A DNA stretch of 63,179 nt, the filler included, from Intoshia linei (taxonomy: Eukaryota; Animalia; Orthonectida), in assembly GCA_001642005.1 (NCBI GenBank). It is 7 parts of 7 records of this genome, joined end to end, with 100 filler letters (N's around TTAATTAATTAA, not from the genome) between each part and the next. Parts side by side here need not be neighbours in the genome. Positions count along the whole stretch, not along the records: positions 1 to 17,082 come from LWCA01000817.1; positions 17,183 to 33,470 come from LWCA01000873.1; 5 more parts are not named here. One strand, written 5' to 3'. The translations under genes and the position numbers were made by a program. Position 1 is the stretch's first letter. The number at the start of each line of letters is the position of its first letter. This document shows, piece after piece, positions 11,801 through 24,819 of the stretch. The notes under the pieces are model-generated. The model saw only the letters and a program-made list of their open reading frames with translations. It was not told the origin of the DNA and searched no databases.

Positions 11801-14800
11801 TTCTAAAATTCCTTCACTTTTGTTATTTATTTTAAAAATTTTATTAAAATCATGTAGTTACGCACAAAAATAATAGCTTTTCTGATGTTTTTTCTAAAAT
11901 TCATCACTTTTCTTATTTATTTTTAAAATTTTATTAAAATGATGTTGTTACGCCCAAAAATGGTACATTTTCAGATGTTTTGTCTAAAATTCATCACATT
12001 TGTTTTTAGTTTTTAAAATTTCATTTAAATCATGTAGTTACGCCTAAAAATGGTACTTTTTCTAACGAAAAAATAAAATGGTAATTGGTTATTTTTTAAA
12101 ATATAAAAATATATGAACCTTTAACTCTTCGTCATATTGTTGAGATAATTCAGCAAACGCATTTTCTTGTTTATTTTTATTTTTTGTTAAATTTTTAATT
12201 TTATCCTGTCGGGCATCCAATTCAGTGTTCAATTGAACAACCATTTCTTCAAGGTTATTTTTTTCAATAAGTACCTACATTTTTTAATTAGATCAATATC
12301 ATATAAAAGCTAATTAAAAATTGTATATACATAAGCCACAAAAATAATACATACGGCAAAATTAGTAAACTGCGATTCACTACAAAAACACAAACAATTG
12401 TAAATTACCTTAGAATTTGAGTCTTTAGAACTTGACAAATTTTCGTTCAATTCATTGAGTCTGTTTTGAATGTTATTTTTTTCAGTAGATAGTCTTTCTT
12501 GTTCAACTTCACGTAATTCCAATCTAAATCAGTAATAATTGAAAAATATTTTCATTTGTGTGAATTACCCAATCAACATGACTAGATCATTTCTCTTAGC
12601 CCATTAATGAATATATCAATTTAGAAAAAAATACTGTTTTCAAATAAGATGCATAAAAGTGTATGAAACGAAGTATCAATTAAATAAGTAGACAATCAAA
12701 AAAATAATTCTCAAACTGTACATAACTAATACGTATCTTTGTAAAATATACAATTCTTTATAATCGGATATATCCTCTTTCAGAGCTGCCAAAGATTTTT
12801 CCATTTTTTTAGTATTAGATTCATTTAATTCAATTTGCTCATCTAACGAGGCCATATAGTTTTCCATATCTTCTTTAGTTTTATTTGCATCTTCCAATGT
12901 CTATGATTAATAAAATAAAAACAAAAATTATGACCATTTCAGAGGTCTAAGAAATTTTTTTAAACCTAACTTTAAATTTAGTTTTAATAAGTCAATTAAT
13001 CTAACACATAAAAATATAGATTTATTTTAATCATCTAAAGTCGTTTTTTAGAAAATCTAAAAAAAGTGAAAAATAATTTTACCCAAAATAACCCTACCCC
13101 AATTGAAGTCATAAAAATAAATTATCGATTTTGTTCAAAATTGACCTGTTCCAGATGTTTTAATTTGTGATTTATATCTTGGTTTTCATTATATAGTTTT
13201 TCATTGTTAGATTTAATCATATCAAGTTCGTCTTTCTGTTTAGTTGAAATATCTTTTAATTCAGCAATAGATTTGTCTTTTTCTCGTAATACTTCTTCTT
13301 CACCAGCCAATTTCAACAATGGTCGTACCTAAATGTAAAAATTATTCCGTAAACCATAACCGCTTTATCATTACCTTGGTGTACAATTTCCACCATTTCC
13401 AATCATATAGTTTCAAGTAATTTGCGCAATTTCGTTGAATAATTCTGATGGCATTAGATTTATTTTGACGTTTATATAAATTTCTAATAAAAAATTAAAA
13501 ATGAAATTAAAAAAATAAACTTTCTAACAATATATCCGCGAACATGATCTATAAACCGTCCCAATATTTTAGTCAATTTAGCATCTCGATCTTCTTCCAA
13601 TTGAGCCAAAACACCGACTCTGAAAAAAACCTTACCTATTTTAATATTATTTATGAAAACTTGTAAATTACTTTGACCGAGTTGATATGATGAAGCATCG
13701 ATTCCAATATGTTCAAGCTATATATAATTTAAATTAATAAATATTATCAAACAATTTTAGTTGTAGCCACTTTTCCGTCCATAAAACCTGGAGGTAATAT
13801 GTTTGGAGCCAGGATTTCATAGTTTTGACGAAATTCTTGGAATGGGATTCTGTTTGGGTATCCTTGTCTATAAATTCTTATTCCTTCGATAATGCCATTG
13901 CAACGTAATTGATCCAGTACTAATTGCGCATTTATCTTTCCACTCTACGTTTAGGATTTAGTTTGATATAAAAATTATAAATACAATACAAAAAACTACA
14001 CCACAACTACTAAAATGGGTTTTTCGTTATTTTTTTACCATTTTTGAAAAGATTTAAGCTTAACTTTTTTTGTGTACAAAATTTTAAAATGGAGGTTTTA
14101 TTAATTATACATTTTTCAACTCATATTTCAAAATTCTAAACACTCTTTTAATATTTAATTAATATTTAAATTGCTTAAATTGTCTAAAATCCCTAAAAAC
14201 GATAGTAAAAGCTGACATTTCAATTGAAAATCAGTCATCAAAAACACTTACTTTTCTTTCATAATTCGGAATAACACACCGTACAAAATGAACAGATGTG
14301 CTTCTTAAAACATTCATTAACAAAGACAATTGATCCCTATGATTCTGACTAACTGTTCTAAACATTCCTTTTTTCGTTGACGCACCAAATTTACCAGCAC
14401 TATGTGACGCAGTGCTCAATTTCATAAAATTATTGGCTAAATAGAAATATTGAAATGATGATTAATAATTTTTATAGTAAATTAATTAAAAAGTACACAA
14501 ATTCCACAATTTTTTGACAAATTTACAGCTACTATTCTGTAAAATTTCTACAATATTTTCATTCAAGGGGTCCATATTTTTCATAAGCCAATTTGATACA
14601 GTATAATGAACCTATGACAGTTATATAATATAAATTAGTTAATTGGTATACATCGCCAGCATAATGTTTTAAAACAAAATCACAATTCTGTTTTAAAGTT
14701 GGTTTCATAAATTTATCATTATTTTCATGATTTTTTATAATCTTTTCTACATAAGTTTTATCTGTCGCTTTAGGGAACCAACATTCTTCGTCCAATAAGG

Positions 14801-15772
14801 GATAAAGTCCAAGAGGCTATAATAATTACACGATATTAGTATTAAATTGTAAATAAAATAAATAAATATTACTCGTTCCAACAAATCAATTATGACTTGT
14901 GACTCCAGAGCAAAATCTATAACATTCCATTTGATACCTTCACTCTCATATTCTTCTTGTTCTTTAATGAACATTGTGTGATTGAATAATTGTTGTAGTT
15001 TTTCATTTGTATAGTTAATGTTTAATTGTTCAAATACATTTTCCTAAGTGTTGAATTAAAACAAAATTTAACTAAACCATGATTTTATCGTATTTAAATG
15101 AAAATTTGAAAGTTAATTTTTTAAAAATTACATCAAAAATTTCAAATCCGGCAATATCCAAAATACCAATGAATGAATTGGAAGCTGAATCAATATCCAA
15201 AGTATTATTGACCTTTTCAATTACAAAATCGAAAAGCCGAGAATACATGGCTTTACTAATTGCTTCAGTAGCAAATTTGGCCTAAATGTTTAAATTGATA
15301 ATATTGCAGGATAAACCAAGGTGGTGAACACTGAACACAGTCGTTGTGAGTCGGAATTAAGCCCAATTAGATAAAAATTGAATAAATATGGTTAAACATT
15401 AAAGTATTAACATATATAAGAAATTATTAATTAATTATATTATTAATTAAAAATTTATAGAAAGATTCAAATTGGTCAACTCGGACATAAGTTCTTTTCT
15501 TTTTATATAAAACTATCGGTGCTTTGAAACTATTATATACACGATATTTAAAAACTATTTTTTAAAATTTTTTTTTTCATTTTTTAAAGGTTTTATAAGT
15601 GGTGTGTCACCACTGGAGGCGAAATGGAAATTTCGTTTAATTAATATAAAACCTGATCTGCATTTTGAGATTTTTTGATAACTTCACGGCCAACTTTTAA
15701 TTTAGGTGTAAGGAAAGCATTAGAAAGTTCAGTTGGAGCAACACCGCATAATTTTCCGAATTTTTGGAATTC
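2891..15772 (-). CDS. Myosin II heavy chain, non-muscle/smooth (zipper/MYH9-10-11) type; multi-exon, 5' motor exons absent
   Basis: Spliced exons give [26 protein letters not shown] (switch II), [54 protein letters not shown], the IQ region, WKWWKLYTK|VRPLL, then about 20 coiled-coil rod exons ending ...NAKLKSKR* (stop at 2891-2893). Confidence 0.95.
3419..3476. mobile_element. 58-bp P-element-family remnant in the left foldback arm
   Basis: Ends ggtttaagctgtccttg, the reverse complement of the caaggacagcttaaacc terminus at 46141 and 62662. Flanked by ctatata/ctataca and absent from the right arm. Confidence 0.7.
4166..4560 (+). pseudogene. hAT Buster/Charlie-type transposase N-terminal remnant
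   Basis: [17 protein letters not shown]...EKPQC, then (frameshifted) [20 protein letters not shown] and YHVAY...HHTIG..LMKPC, as in ZBED5/SCAND3-like Buster transposases. Confidence 0.75.
7140..8660. repeat. Degenerate AT-rich tandem array (~75-80 bp unit) in a myosin intron
   Basis: Recurrent aaaatttcaaaaaagtac(a/c)attttt and gtgatgaatttt motifs, with a higher-order duplication (about 7800-7990 vs 8035-8230). Confidence 0.75.
11790..12065. repeat. ~79-bp tandem repeat (about 3.5 units), inverse orientation of the 7140-8660 family
   Basis: Repeated tctaaaattcatcacttt...aaaatcatgtagttacgc.caaaaa.ggtac units. Confidence 0.8.
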
Positions 15773-16545
15773 TATCATTAATTATATTTTTAATAATGGT
15801 CAGATTATCTAAAGGAGCTATACTTAAGATTTAAAACCAATATTTTTATATTTTTAACATATATAAGTCCTTTACTTATCAAAAAATAAATTTCTGTGTG
15901 TTACCGTTTATTTTAAAAAATAACAGTCCTAGAATTTAAATAAACCAAATTTATAAATTTTTAATACAGACTTTCAAGGGACTTTCAAGACTTTCAACAA
16001 CCCTTAAGTGGAAAAATCCAATTTTACCAACCGTTTAGGGAAAATTATAGTCATACTATTCATTTTGGTTAAAATCCATTTTTACCAACTCTTTTTACCA
16101 ACCGAAAAATTCGTAATTGTATATTATAGAAAATTTATAAAACTGTAGAAAAGTAATACTTAAATTGGTCTTTGTATTTAGATTTAATTTTAGTTGCAAA
16201 CATGACAAATTAATATTTTTTAAAGTAGAATTTTTTTGATCTTTTATGAAATAATGTATGTACTTTTATAAATCCTGCGTAATTATATATGTATAAATTC
16301 ACAATAACCCATACAATACACAATATATAAATTTTTTCGATTCAATAAGGGTAAAACTGGACTTTTCCTTTAAAGCTGGGAAATTTTAATTCAATTTTAA
16401 TTTTTAGTAAAAATAATAAATTTAAGTAAACGGCGACTTTTATATAACATTCTGTAATATTTTTTAAAATCATAAGCATTATCATAAATCGTAACCCCAA
16501 AAAAGTTTTTTAAGTTTGAACATTTATTTATTAATTTAAAATGGA

Positions 16546-16900
16546 TGTCTACGAAATAAACGAAACATTATTGCTTTTGATGTGTTATATATTTGCCAAA
16601 CATTAAATTTGATGATTTGATGAATGTAAAAATTTGATAATGCAAATATACAATTTAATGTACGAGAATCAACTTTGAAATCCCTCAAATCTATATCAAA
16701 CGTGCCATTCGTTTATAATGAGATTTAAAAATAGATTTGTGACACCTAGAATATGGAAACATTCAGAAAGTGCGAATGACTGCTATTTCTGTATTCTGAA
16801 AAGAAGAAAACAAACAAATAAATTAAGCCTTACTCTTATCCGGCCACCAAAAGTTCAACTTTACCAATTCTAATGGAAGTATATAATTTAGTTTCACCAT
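16546..16900 (+). pseudogene. Chapaev-3 (CMC) transposase N-terminal remnant
   Basis: RFVTPRIWKHSESANDCYFCI...YSYPATKSSTLP resembles the PMxWREPxxHxxDCYFC...YPxxxSxxRP motif. Contains stops. Confidence 0.55.
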
Positions 16901-17082
16901 CCCAGCCATTATCATCTCAAGAAACAGTTGTTTCAATGTATAGTGAGGAGTGTCCAAATTAAATTTATTAATATATTTTTTTAAATATCAATAGCTAAAA
17001 ATATCGAACTAAATCTTTTCCATAAATATGGATTTAGACACTAGAATGTATTGTTAAAAGGTTCATTATAGCCCATACCAGA

Positions 17083-17182
17083 NNNNNNNNNNNNNNNNNN
17101 NNNNNNNNNNNNNNNNNNNNNNNNNNTTAATTAATTAANNNNNNNNNNNNNNNNNNNNNNNNNNNNNNNNNNNNNNNNNNNN
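17083..17182. other. Artificial assembly linker N44-TTAATTAATTAA-N44 (also 33471-33570, 46871-46970, 54404-54503, 58812-58911, 61003-61102)
   Basis: Six identical 100-nt spacers, each with a six-frame stop cassette. Confidence 0.97.
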
Positions 17183-17883
17183 TCCACATGGTACGTCTTT
17201 AAAAATATCAAAATTTAAAAACGATGTGACACCCTAATGTACAGTACATTTTTACATTTTTGGTCAACATTGGTGTAGTTATAATGCATTCATTTTGATA
17301 ATGTATTGTAACATATAGTATACAGTAGTATATATGTATTTCATTTTTTTGTGTCATAATATCTTAATAGAGCCTTAATATTAAATTTTCTATAATAATT
17401 TTGTAATATCCTGAAAATATACAAATCAAACTAACAAACAACGTAAAAAGAAATATGGTAGCATATAATTTAAATTTATCGTTTTTTTAATTTATGACAG
17501 AGATGGCTCATATACATAGAATATCAATTTAGCAACAATCTTTGGACATTTATGTAATCAAATTATCACACAGTATAGAAGATGATTCTTATCGTATCTA
17601 CACAGTAAATAGTATGCAAAATTTGATGGTGTCTAATACAACTATAGATTCAGTAAATGCGTAATTTCTTAATTAACTAATTATCTATTTTAATTAATTT
17701 TTGTAAATACATTACGTAAATATGATATCAAAAATAAAACTCTCATTTTATTGTTTCATGCATTTTAATTAAATTTTAATTTTAATTCAATTAACAGTTA
17801 TTATCATTATTTCACAGGAAAACATTTTAATAGATTTTGAATATTATCTAACACGTATTTCCCAAAATTTCTGGCACCTATAC

Positions 17884-18213
17884 CAGTGATTCTCAACCTT
17901 TTTTTAGAATCGCCACCTAAATCAAAAATTCACACATATTTTTTGAAATCTCCCCTATATAATAATGAATTATAATTAAATATAAAAAAATGACATAATT
18001 TTAGATCAATAAAATTTTCTATATTGAGTGTTTCTCAATATTTTTCAAGAATTTACCCATAGAACCAATAATTCTCTAAAAAATGAAATATTTTTGTAAG
18101 TTGTTTTAGCTAAAAAATTTAATCGTAATATATAATATTTTAAATTATGTATTTTGTGAAATTATATAGAAAGATCGACCCTAGGGGGCGATTCGCCAAC
18201 CTTTGAGAAGCCT
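17884..18213. mobile_element. Degraded hAT (Buster-type) MITE
   Basis: cagtgattctcaacc...gaatcgcc at the left end and ggcgattc...tttgagaagcct at the right end. Confidence 0.5.
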
Positions 18214-18435
18214 AATCGATACAAATGGGTCGAACTTTGAAACGAATTGACTCCATTTTCAAAAAATGATTTTTGCGACTCTTTGTAAATTAGTTTATGA
18301 TGTAAAGTATATTAATAGGGTTGTTAGGTTATCGAATAGAATAGAATCAAATTGATATTTTCAATGGATGAATTGCACTACTTTTTCTAAAAATACTATA
18401 TAGAAATTTTTTTCGAGAATTGTTTTTTATCTCTA

Positions 18436-18950
18436 CAGGGGCGGATTCAAGAGGTTAATTAATGGGGTGTGAGCGAAGCGAGAAAAATATTTACTTCGCC
18501 GAAGGGGAAACATTTATTAGGGCGTCTCTTTTAATATCAAGGAGTCTAGTTTGATTTTAAAGCGTCTCGTTTAATTTTATTTAAAGGTTGTTATAGAATA
18601 GTTTCCAAATTTGTATTTTTTAGCAAAAATAAAAAAAATAGAAATTAATTTTGTTCATTAAATAATCCTAGATGAATTAGGTTCAGTCTTCTTGGATGAA
18701 GTATTACAAATTCATTAATCAAACTTTCAATATTAAAATTATTGTCATAGTGGCAAATCATGAGGGCCAGTCCACATAACAAAAGGCCTCAAGTCACATA
18801 ATCAGTTGTTCATGTAATGACACAAAATGTTATGCGCCATCTATATTGTTTTAATAAATTAAAACCTTTTTCAGTTATTTTACAAAACATTAATTAAATA
18901 ATTTTTTTAAAAATTCAAGGGGTGCAGCTGCACCCCTTGAATCCGCCCTG
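18436..18950. mobile_element. Non-autonomous hAT-type element
   Basis: TIRs caggggcggattcaag / cttgaatccgccctg; an internally deleted version of 39479-40539. Confidence 0.8.
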
Positions 18951-20945
18951 CTTTATAAAGGTAAGAATGACAAGTTAATAAAAAAGTGTTGAATAATATT
19001 GAATTTGCAAAAATAAAAAAAATTATTGATTTGTATATTTAGATTAGATCGAGTTTTGTCAACAAATGATTTAGATTTCGTTTACACAATTAAAATAATT
19101 ATAAAAAATGATTTGTTGCCCAAAGATAAAAGAATTATATTTGCTATGAGCTGCACAAAACCATCCTTTTTAATGGACATATTGTGCCTATATTGTCGAA
19201 AATGATTAATTGGATTGAGTGCATTTCTGTATTTGATTATTTTATAAAATATATTATTTAATTTGGCAATGAAATATGAAATGTATTTCTTGAAGCCTAT
19301 ATTAGCGTTCGCATTATAGCGGGTGATCTAAAACTGTTTATAATTTATAAAATTATTGTTTTAAAAATAGCCTCAAAAGCTATATATGAAAATATTACAA
19401 CCATCAATTATAGATATCAATTATACAATGTTATCCAATACAAGATGAATTAATTATAATTATAATTGAATGTTGTTTGGTTGTTTTCACTACTGATGTT
19501 TATTATTACCATTTAATTTTCAAATTTTAATGGAGTATTTATCTTTATTGTCAAATTCCAACTGTGGCGATTATCAGTAATATTAATCTCATTGCCACAA
19601 AAATTTCCAAAAGGGCAACGTAATGGCCAGCGTCCAACTTTTAGAAGGCCGTTATATATTGGTTACATCAAAATTCTGTCATATAGCGTTACAATCTAAA
19701 AGCACTACGTCTAATGGGTTTAATTTCTTATATTCAGTACATTGTGACTACCACATATTTAATAAAGATAGATTAAGTCAATATTAGTAAATTTAAGTTT
19801 TTTCAACATGTTGTGTATACTTTTTCTTATATATTCGTGTTCTATTCATTAAAAAACAAAATGTCAAGTTTTGTCAATTCGGTATTCTTATGATTTATAT
19901 TCGTGTTACTTGTTATGTACTATATCAGCGGTTCAAAATGAGGGTCCGTAGAAAAAATTTTTAAAATATTGAAATAAAAAGATAAATACAATAAATATTA
20001 CATTATTATAACTAATTTTAATTCAATAAATAATATAATTTAAAAATTATAATAATTAAATTTATATTATTGGATAAAATTGTGGAAACCCCTAAACTAT
20101 ATAATTATGCATTATCAATATGTGTAATATTATGTAGCTCTGCAGAAGACAGACTTTTTTAATTTTACCAAAAACATAAAATTACACATTCACATTACAT
20201 TAAATTTAAAATGAATAATTTCTATTTTTTTTGTTAACATTTGTGCAAAGCAGTGGTTCGGGAATCTTGATTCAAATAGTTTAGGGACCCCATTTCAAAA
20301 TATTTATTTTTTCGACTACAAATGAAACATGCAATATATAAATTTATAAAAAAATCAAAAATAGGCTTTAAAAAATTTTACATATAAGTTATTTTTTTTC
20401 TGGGAATTCGTAGATTTCTGAGGTTGAAATTTTGTATCTAGCTCAACTGAAATAAACTCTGCATGTGTAAGAATAATCTTTTTAAAATTGTAGAATCTGG
20501 ACTATAGAATCATTAGTTATGTAATTTTTTTTTAATATAATAATTACCAAAAAAAATGAATACCAAAGTACGTTTTTGACCGTGAAGAACTTTTGACACT
20601 TTGTGAGATTGAATTTTTTATTGTGTATTAACTGGATGTAACTATATGGGTATTCATTGTTTTAAATTCTAAGATAGTTTTAATTTATTTTAAAAAAAGA
20701 TAATTGGTGGTTTTAGTCGTGCAAATGGACTTTTTGTAGGTTACGATTTCTGATCATTCTTATGATTTTTTAAATTATCCCACAATTTAACGACGCATCA
20801 AAAATATAAAAATTTAGCGAGTACCCACAAAATAAATAAAGTAAGTAAATACACACAGGTTGGGAATACAGATGGTAAAATTGACCATATATCCAGGTAG
20901 AGTCGTTATTAATGAACTTAAATGTATTTTTTGTAATACTACACA

Positions 20946-21985
20946 ATGTCCAGTATTACGCAACACAAAAGATACTTTATTATATTTAATGTTAATTAAT
21001 ACATAAAAAATTAATTTAGATAATTTGTTCAATATACATACCATTCACTCTATTTGGAATTATTATAGAAGCTTTTTCTCTGTTTATCTTAGTAAGATAC
21101 AAAAATATGTTGTCATCTTCTTATTCGAATTATTTAATAGTCGTTTTAAATATAGTCAATCTATTTGCATCAATAACATATTATTGTGATAGTTTCTGGA
21201 GAAATGGGATGCAAAAACAATTTAACTCGGATTATACAAAAATGGATGGAATCCCATCAATTTTTATAGCTATATTTGTACAAAGTGGAATGTCATTGTG
21301 GTTTTTTTTAAACTTGTCTAATTTATTGGTGCTGATTATTACTATTGAAAGATACCTCATAGTTTGCGATACGGTATATTATCACAATTACATTACAAAA
21401 AAACATTACATTATTGCTGTATTCAACTGTGTTTTGATAAGCATGCTAGTCACTACATTAATGTGCTTAACGTCTCATTCAATGGTTGGAGAATCATATG
21501 TATCGAAATCGACAATGTTATGTGAAGAACAAATAATTTTTGGAATATTCGTATTTTTCGTGCTGTTTCTGGCTCCTTTTACAGTCCACATTTATTTCTA
21601 TTATAGAATGTTATGTTACTTTAAATGTAATACATTAAAGAACTATCAGCATAGCCGTGACAAAAAAACACAATTGAAATATCTTCAATGTAATAATCTT
21701 GGAAGTGTTAAGCCATATGTTATGATGATAAATAATCAATATGAAAATATTCGAAAAAATATATCAAAATTTATAATGATTGTATGCGGTTTATATTTCA
21801 TTTTATGGTTGCCCATACACATTCTGCATCTATTCTATCATTTACAAATCATACATAATGTTAACTATGCAATTATAAGAGGTTGCATTTTTTTTGTATA
21901 TCTAAATTCACTATTAAACAGCATCACGCACGTCATGTCATCTACTTTATTTAAAAAATGTTTATCTATATTCATGTCATTTTAA
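20946..21985 (+). CDS. Rhodopsin-like (class A) orphan GPCR, paralogue 1 (~336 aa)
   Basis: Exon 1 is 20946-20990 (MSSITQHKRYFIIFN), followed by a 29-nt GT-AG intron and exon 2 at 21020-21985. Seven hydrophobic segments, ITIERYLIVC (TM3), LWLP (TM6), NSLLNS (TM7). Confidence 0.85.
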
Positions 21986-22172
21986 TAAATATTGATAAAA
22001 TCTTTTAATCTTATTGATAAGTTTATGTATATTAAACTTTTAATAAATGAAAAAATTAATATTGAGTTCATTATTTGAACTTTGAGTTTTAGATTTAATT
22101 GAAATGTTATTTCAATTATTTACACTACAAATTATTTTGACTTAGTGAATCGCCACCCATATTTAATTTTAA

Positions 22173-24455
22173 ATGGCAGAATATAGTATAATTCAATGGG
22201 TATAATTAAATTGAATTGGTGTAAAATTTACTTTAGATACTCCAAGTAACGTATATACAGATTGTAATAATATGGATATCAATGGGATTATTCAATATAT
22301 CTATATACCTTATGTATAAAAACAAACTACTAAAATCTAAGTCAAAAATAATGTATTCAAATGACAAATCCTACAATGCAATTTTTATAAATTTCAATTT
22401 TTTGAAGTTTTTATGAATAAAAATTTATTATTTTTCCCTGGAAATTTAATTTTTAATTTCCCGGTTCTCAATTTTTTTTATTTCCCGGGAAATCACAATC
22501 ACTAGTTCAATTTCATAGATTTGTTTCTTCCGTTTTTTTATCATCATGTTCTATTGGCATTAGAGTATTTAATTTTCACACGGTGAAAAAAATTTTTGAT
22601 TTTTTTTTATTTGCTTCTGATTTTAATAATGGGTTAACACATTAACGGCCAGTGTTCATTTTTACGACATGTTAGTTTTTATTGTTTAAATTCAAACTTT
22701 AAATAAATTATATAAATGTGATACTATTCATGTTTCATGTATTTATGATTTATACAATTAATACCAATAATATATTTTGCACCCGATCTGAATAATGGGT
22801 TAATACAGTGTTTTTCAACCGTGGGCCAGACCCCACTGACGGGGCATGACAAAATTTTTGGTGAGACAATGTAAATTTGGTGGGGCCTGGGAAATATTAC
22901 AAATTTATAGGATTATGAAAACTAGATTAATTTATTGTTAATTTTATACAATATTCTCAGTTTTATAAGTGGTTATGTGATACTTGAACCAATTAATTGT
23001 ATTCTTAAATTATTAGAATGACAAAAAACGAATATATCTTTAATTATCGTGGGCTATTGAATTTAAATTTAACTAAATTGATGAGTATATGCAAAATGCC
23101 AAATTTGCAAATTTATCCGACTTTAACTACTTCTGCTAGGATTGCTTTATAGTCATTTCCATCCTATTATTTAGCAGAATGCGTGTTTAGTACAGTTTTA
23201 GACTTACTGACAAAAAAAATAAATAGACTACAAATTTCAAAAAGGGAAGATCTACGATTAAAGCTTACAACATTAGTACCTAATATTAATAAAATCTAGC
23301 AGAATCGTCAGGCTTAATCGTCTCATTAATTATAAAAAATAAATACATTATTGTTTGTATCATTATTTTATTATAATTCGCTCGAATTTTTTTTCAGTGG
23401 GGCCAAGGATTTTTTTAAGAGTAAAAGTGGGCCTAGCATAAAAAAAATAGGAAACACTGGGTTAATACATGGTATCTTAATTTTTATTTAAATCTTGAAA
23501 TTTGCATTTCACGGAATCTTAGATTTTTTAGTTATTTTAAAAAAAACATGAAAGATAGCCGTGATGATAGCAATTGGAGCTACTGTTTGTATTACAATGT
23601 AATACACCAGCTATTAATCTAAATAATTAAAATATAACCTACATTTAGACATTTTCACTGTTAGGCCTAGGATTGAATGTATATTGGTTCAATTACATTT
23701 TTGAAAAAGAAGGAAACGAATATTACGCGGTTATAACCCATCCATTCAATTTAATGACTTCAATTTTTTTTCAAAGTGGAATGATAATGTGGTTTTTTTT
23801 CAACATATCAATTATGATGACGACACTTATAAGTATCGATAGATATATAATTGTATGCCATCTTATAAAATACACCCACTTACCAAATATTTCCTACGTA
23901 ATTTGCATATTTGTGTCTGTATTATGGAGTTTTTTTATTAGTAGTATGTCATGTTGACTTACTTTCATATTTATGAAGATAAATACATTGCTAATCAAGA
24001 AAGTACAAATACAATGATAGTAAATACAATAATAATATTTATCCTTCAGTTTATTACACCTCTAATTGTACATTGTTGTTGTTATACAAAAATATTTCAA
24101 TTTTTTAAAGTATCATCATATAAATCTGGTAAATGTGGAAAATCTATTAATAACTTGGAATTAATGAAAAAAAAATAGGAAATCCGTCCGAGGATGTGCT
24201 GTAATTTCGCCAAGTATGATCAGTGAAAGAAATTTTATACGCCAAAATATATTCAAATTGTCTATAGTTATAATTTCTCTAAAAATATTTCTTAAAATGT
24301 ACATTTACATTGTCTATATATTTTGGAAAAGTGGATTAATTACTGTTGTAGATGGAAATTTCATATTATTTCTAGTCATTTTAATGAATTTACAAAGCTT
24401 TACAAATTCTATTATATACCTGTATTCTACAAAAAGCTTTCAGTTGTGTATATAA
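22173..24455 (+). pseudogene. GPCR paralogue 2, disrupted
   Basis: Exon 1 MAEYSIIQW (22173-22199). Exon 2 from 22237 (ILQVTYIQIV...GLFNIS...KLLKSKS) is broken by TE insertions. Exon 3 from 23649 carries SIDRYIIVCH, with frameshifts near 23955 and 24175. Confidence 0.8.
22806..23459 (+). mobile_element. Internally deleted hAT Buster element
   Basis: TIR cagtgttt / aaacactg; perfect 8-bp TSD ggttaata; internal FPSYYLAECVFS...LLTKKINRLQISKREDLRLKLT...SSH* (dimerisation domain). Confidence 0.9.
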
Positions 24456-24819
24456 ATTTAATATAATATATATATAATATATAATATAATTTAATATAAA
24501 TAATAGTCAATAATTTTATATTTTTTAATTCGCAAAATGTTATATGGAGTCCATATCGTTAATATTATTTTTAATGTTATTATCTTATGTATATGTTTCC
24601 ACAAGTTCCGACGTCACATCCATTTCTTTCACCCTTGAAATTAATGAAATAGATCTCTAATAAAAAATTCTATTTAAATTTTGTATATTTAAAATCCTTA
24701 CATACATATATGGAAAAATTATTAGAAATTCTCCCGTAAAATATTAATTAATAGTATTTAAAATAATAAAAATCACAAATAAATTAAAATGTAATAACAA
24801 AAGTAACATAAGTATTTTG

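Noticed and set aside
5538-15285. Plus-strand ORFs (5538, 5982, 9980, 11458, 15079)
   Set aside because: Antisense shadows of myosin exons.
15305-15372. GC-richer island in a myosin intron as a possible ncRNA
   Set aside because: No C/D, H/ACA, Sm or tRNA features could be identified.
17083-17182. Palindromic TTAATTAATTAA inside N runs (six times)
   Set aside because: Artificial six-frame-stop scaffolding linker, not biological. ORFs ending XXXLIN are artefacts of it.
17533-17660. AG/GT-bounded open segment QQSLDIYVIK...
   Set aside because: Isolated, with no recognisable homology or partner exons, and not myosin.
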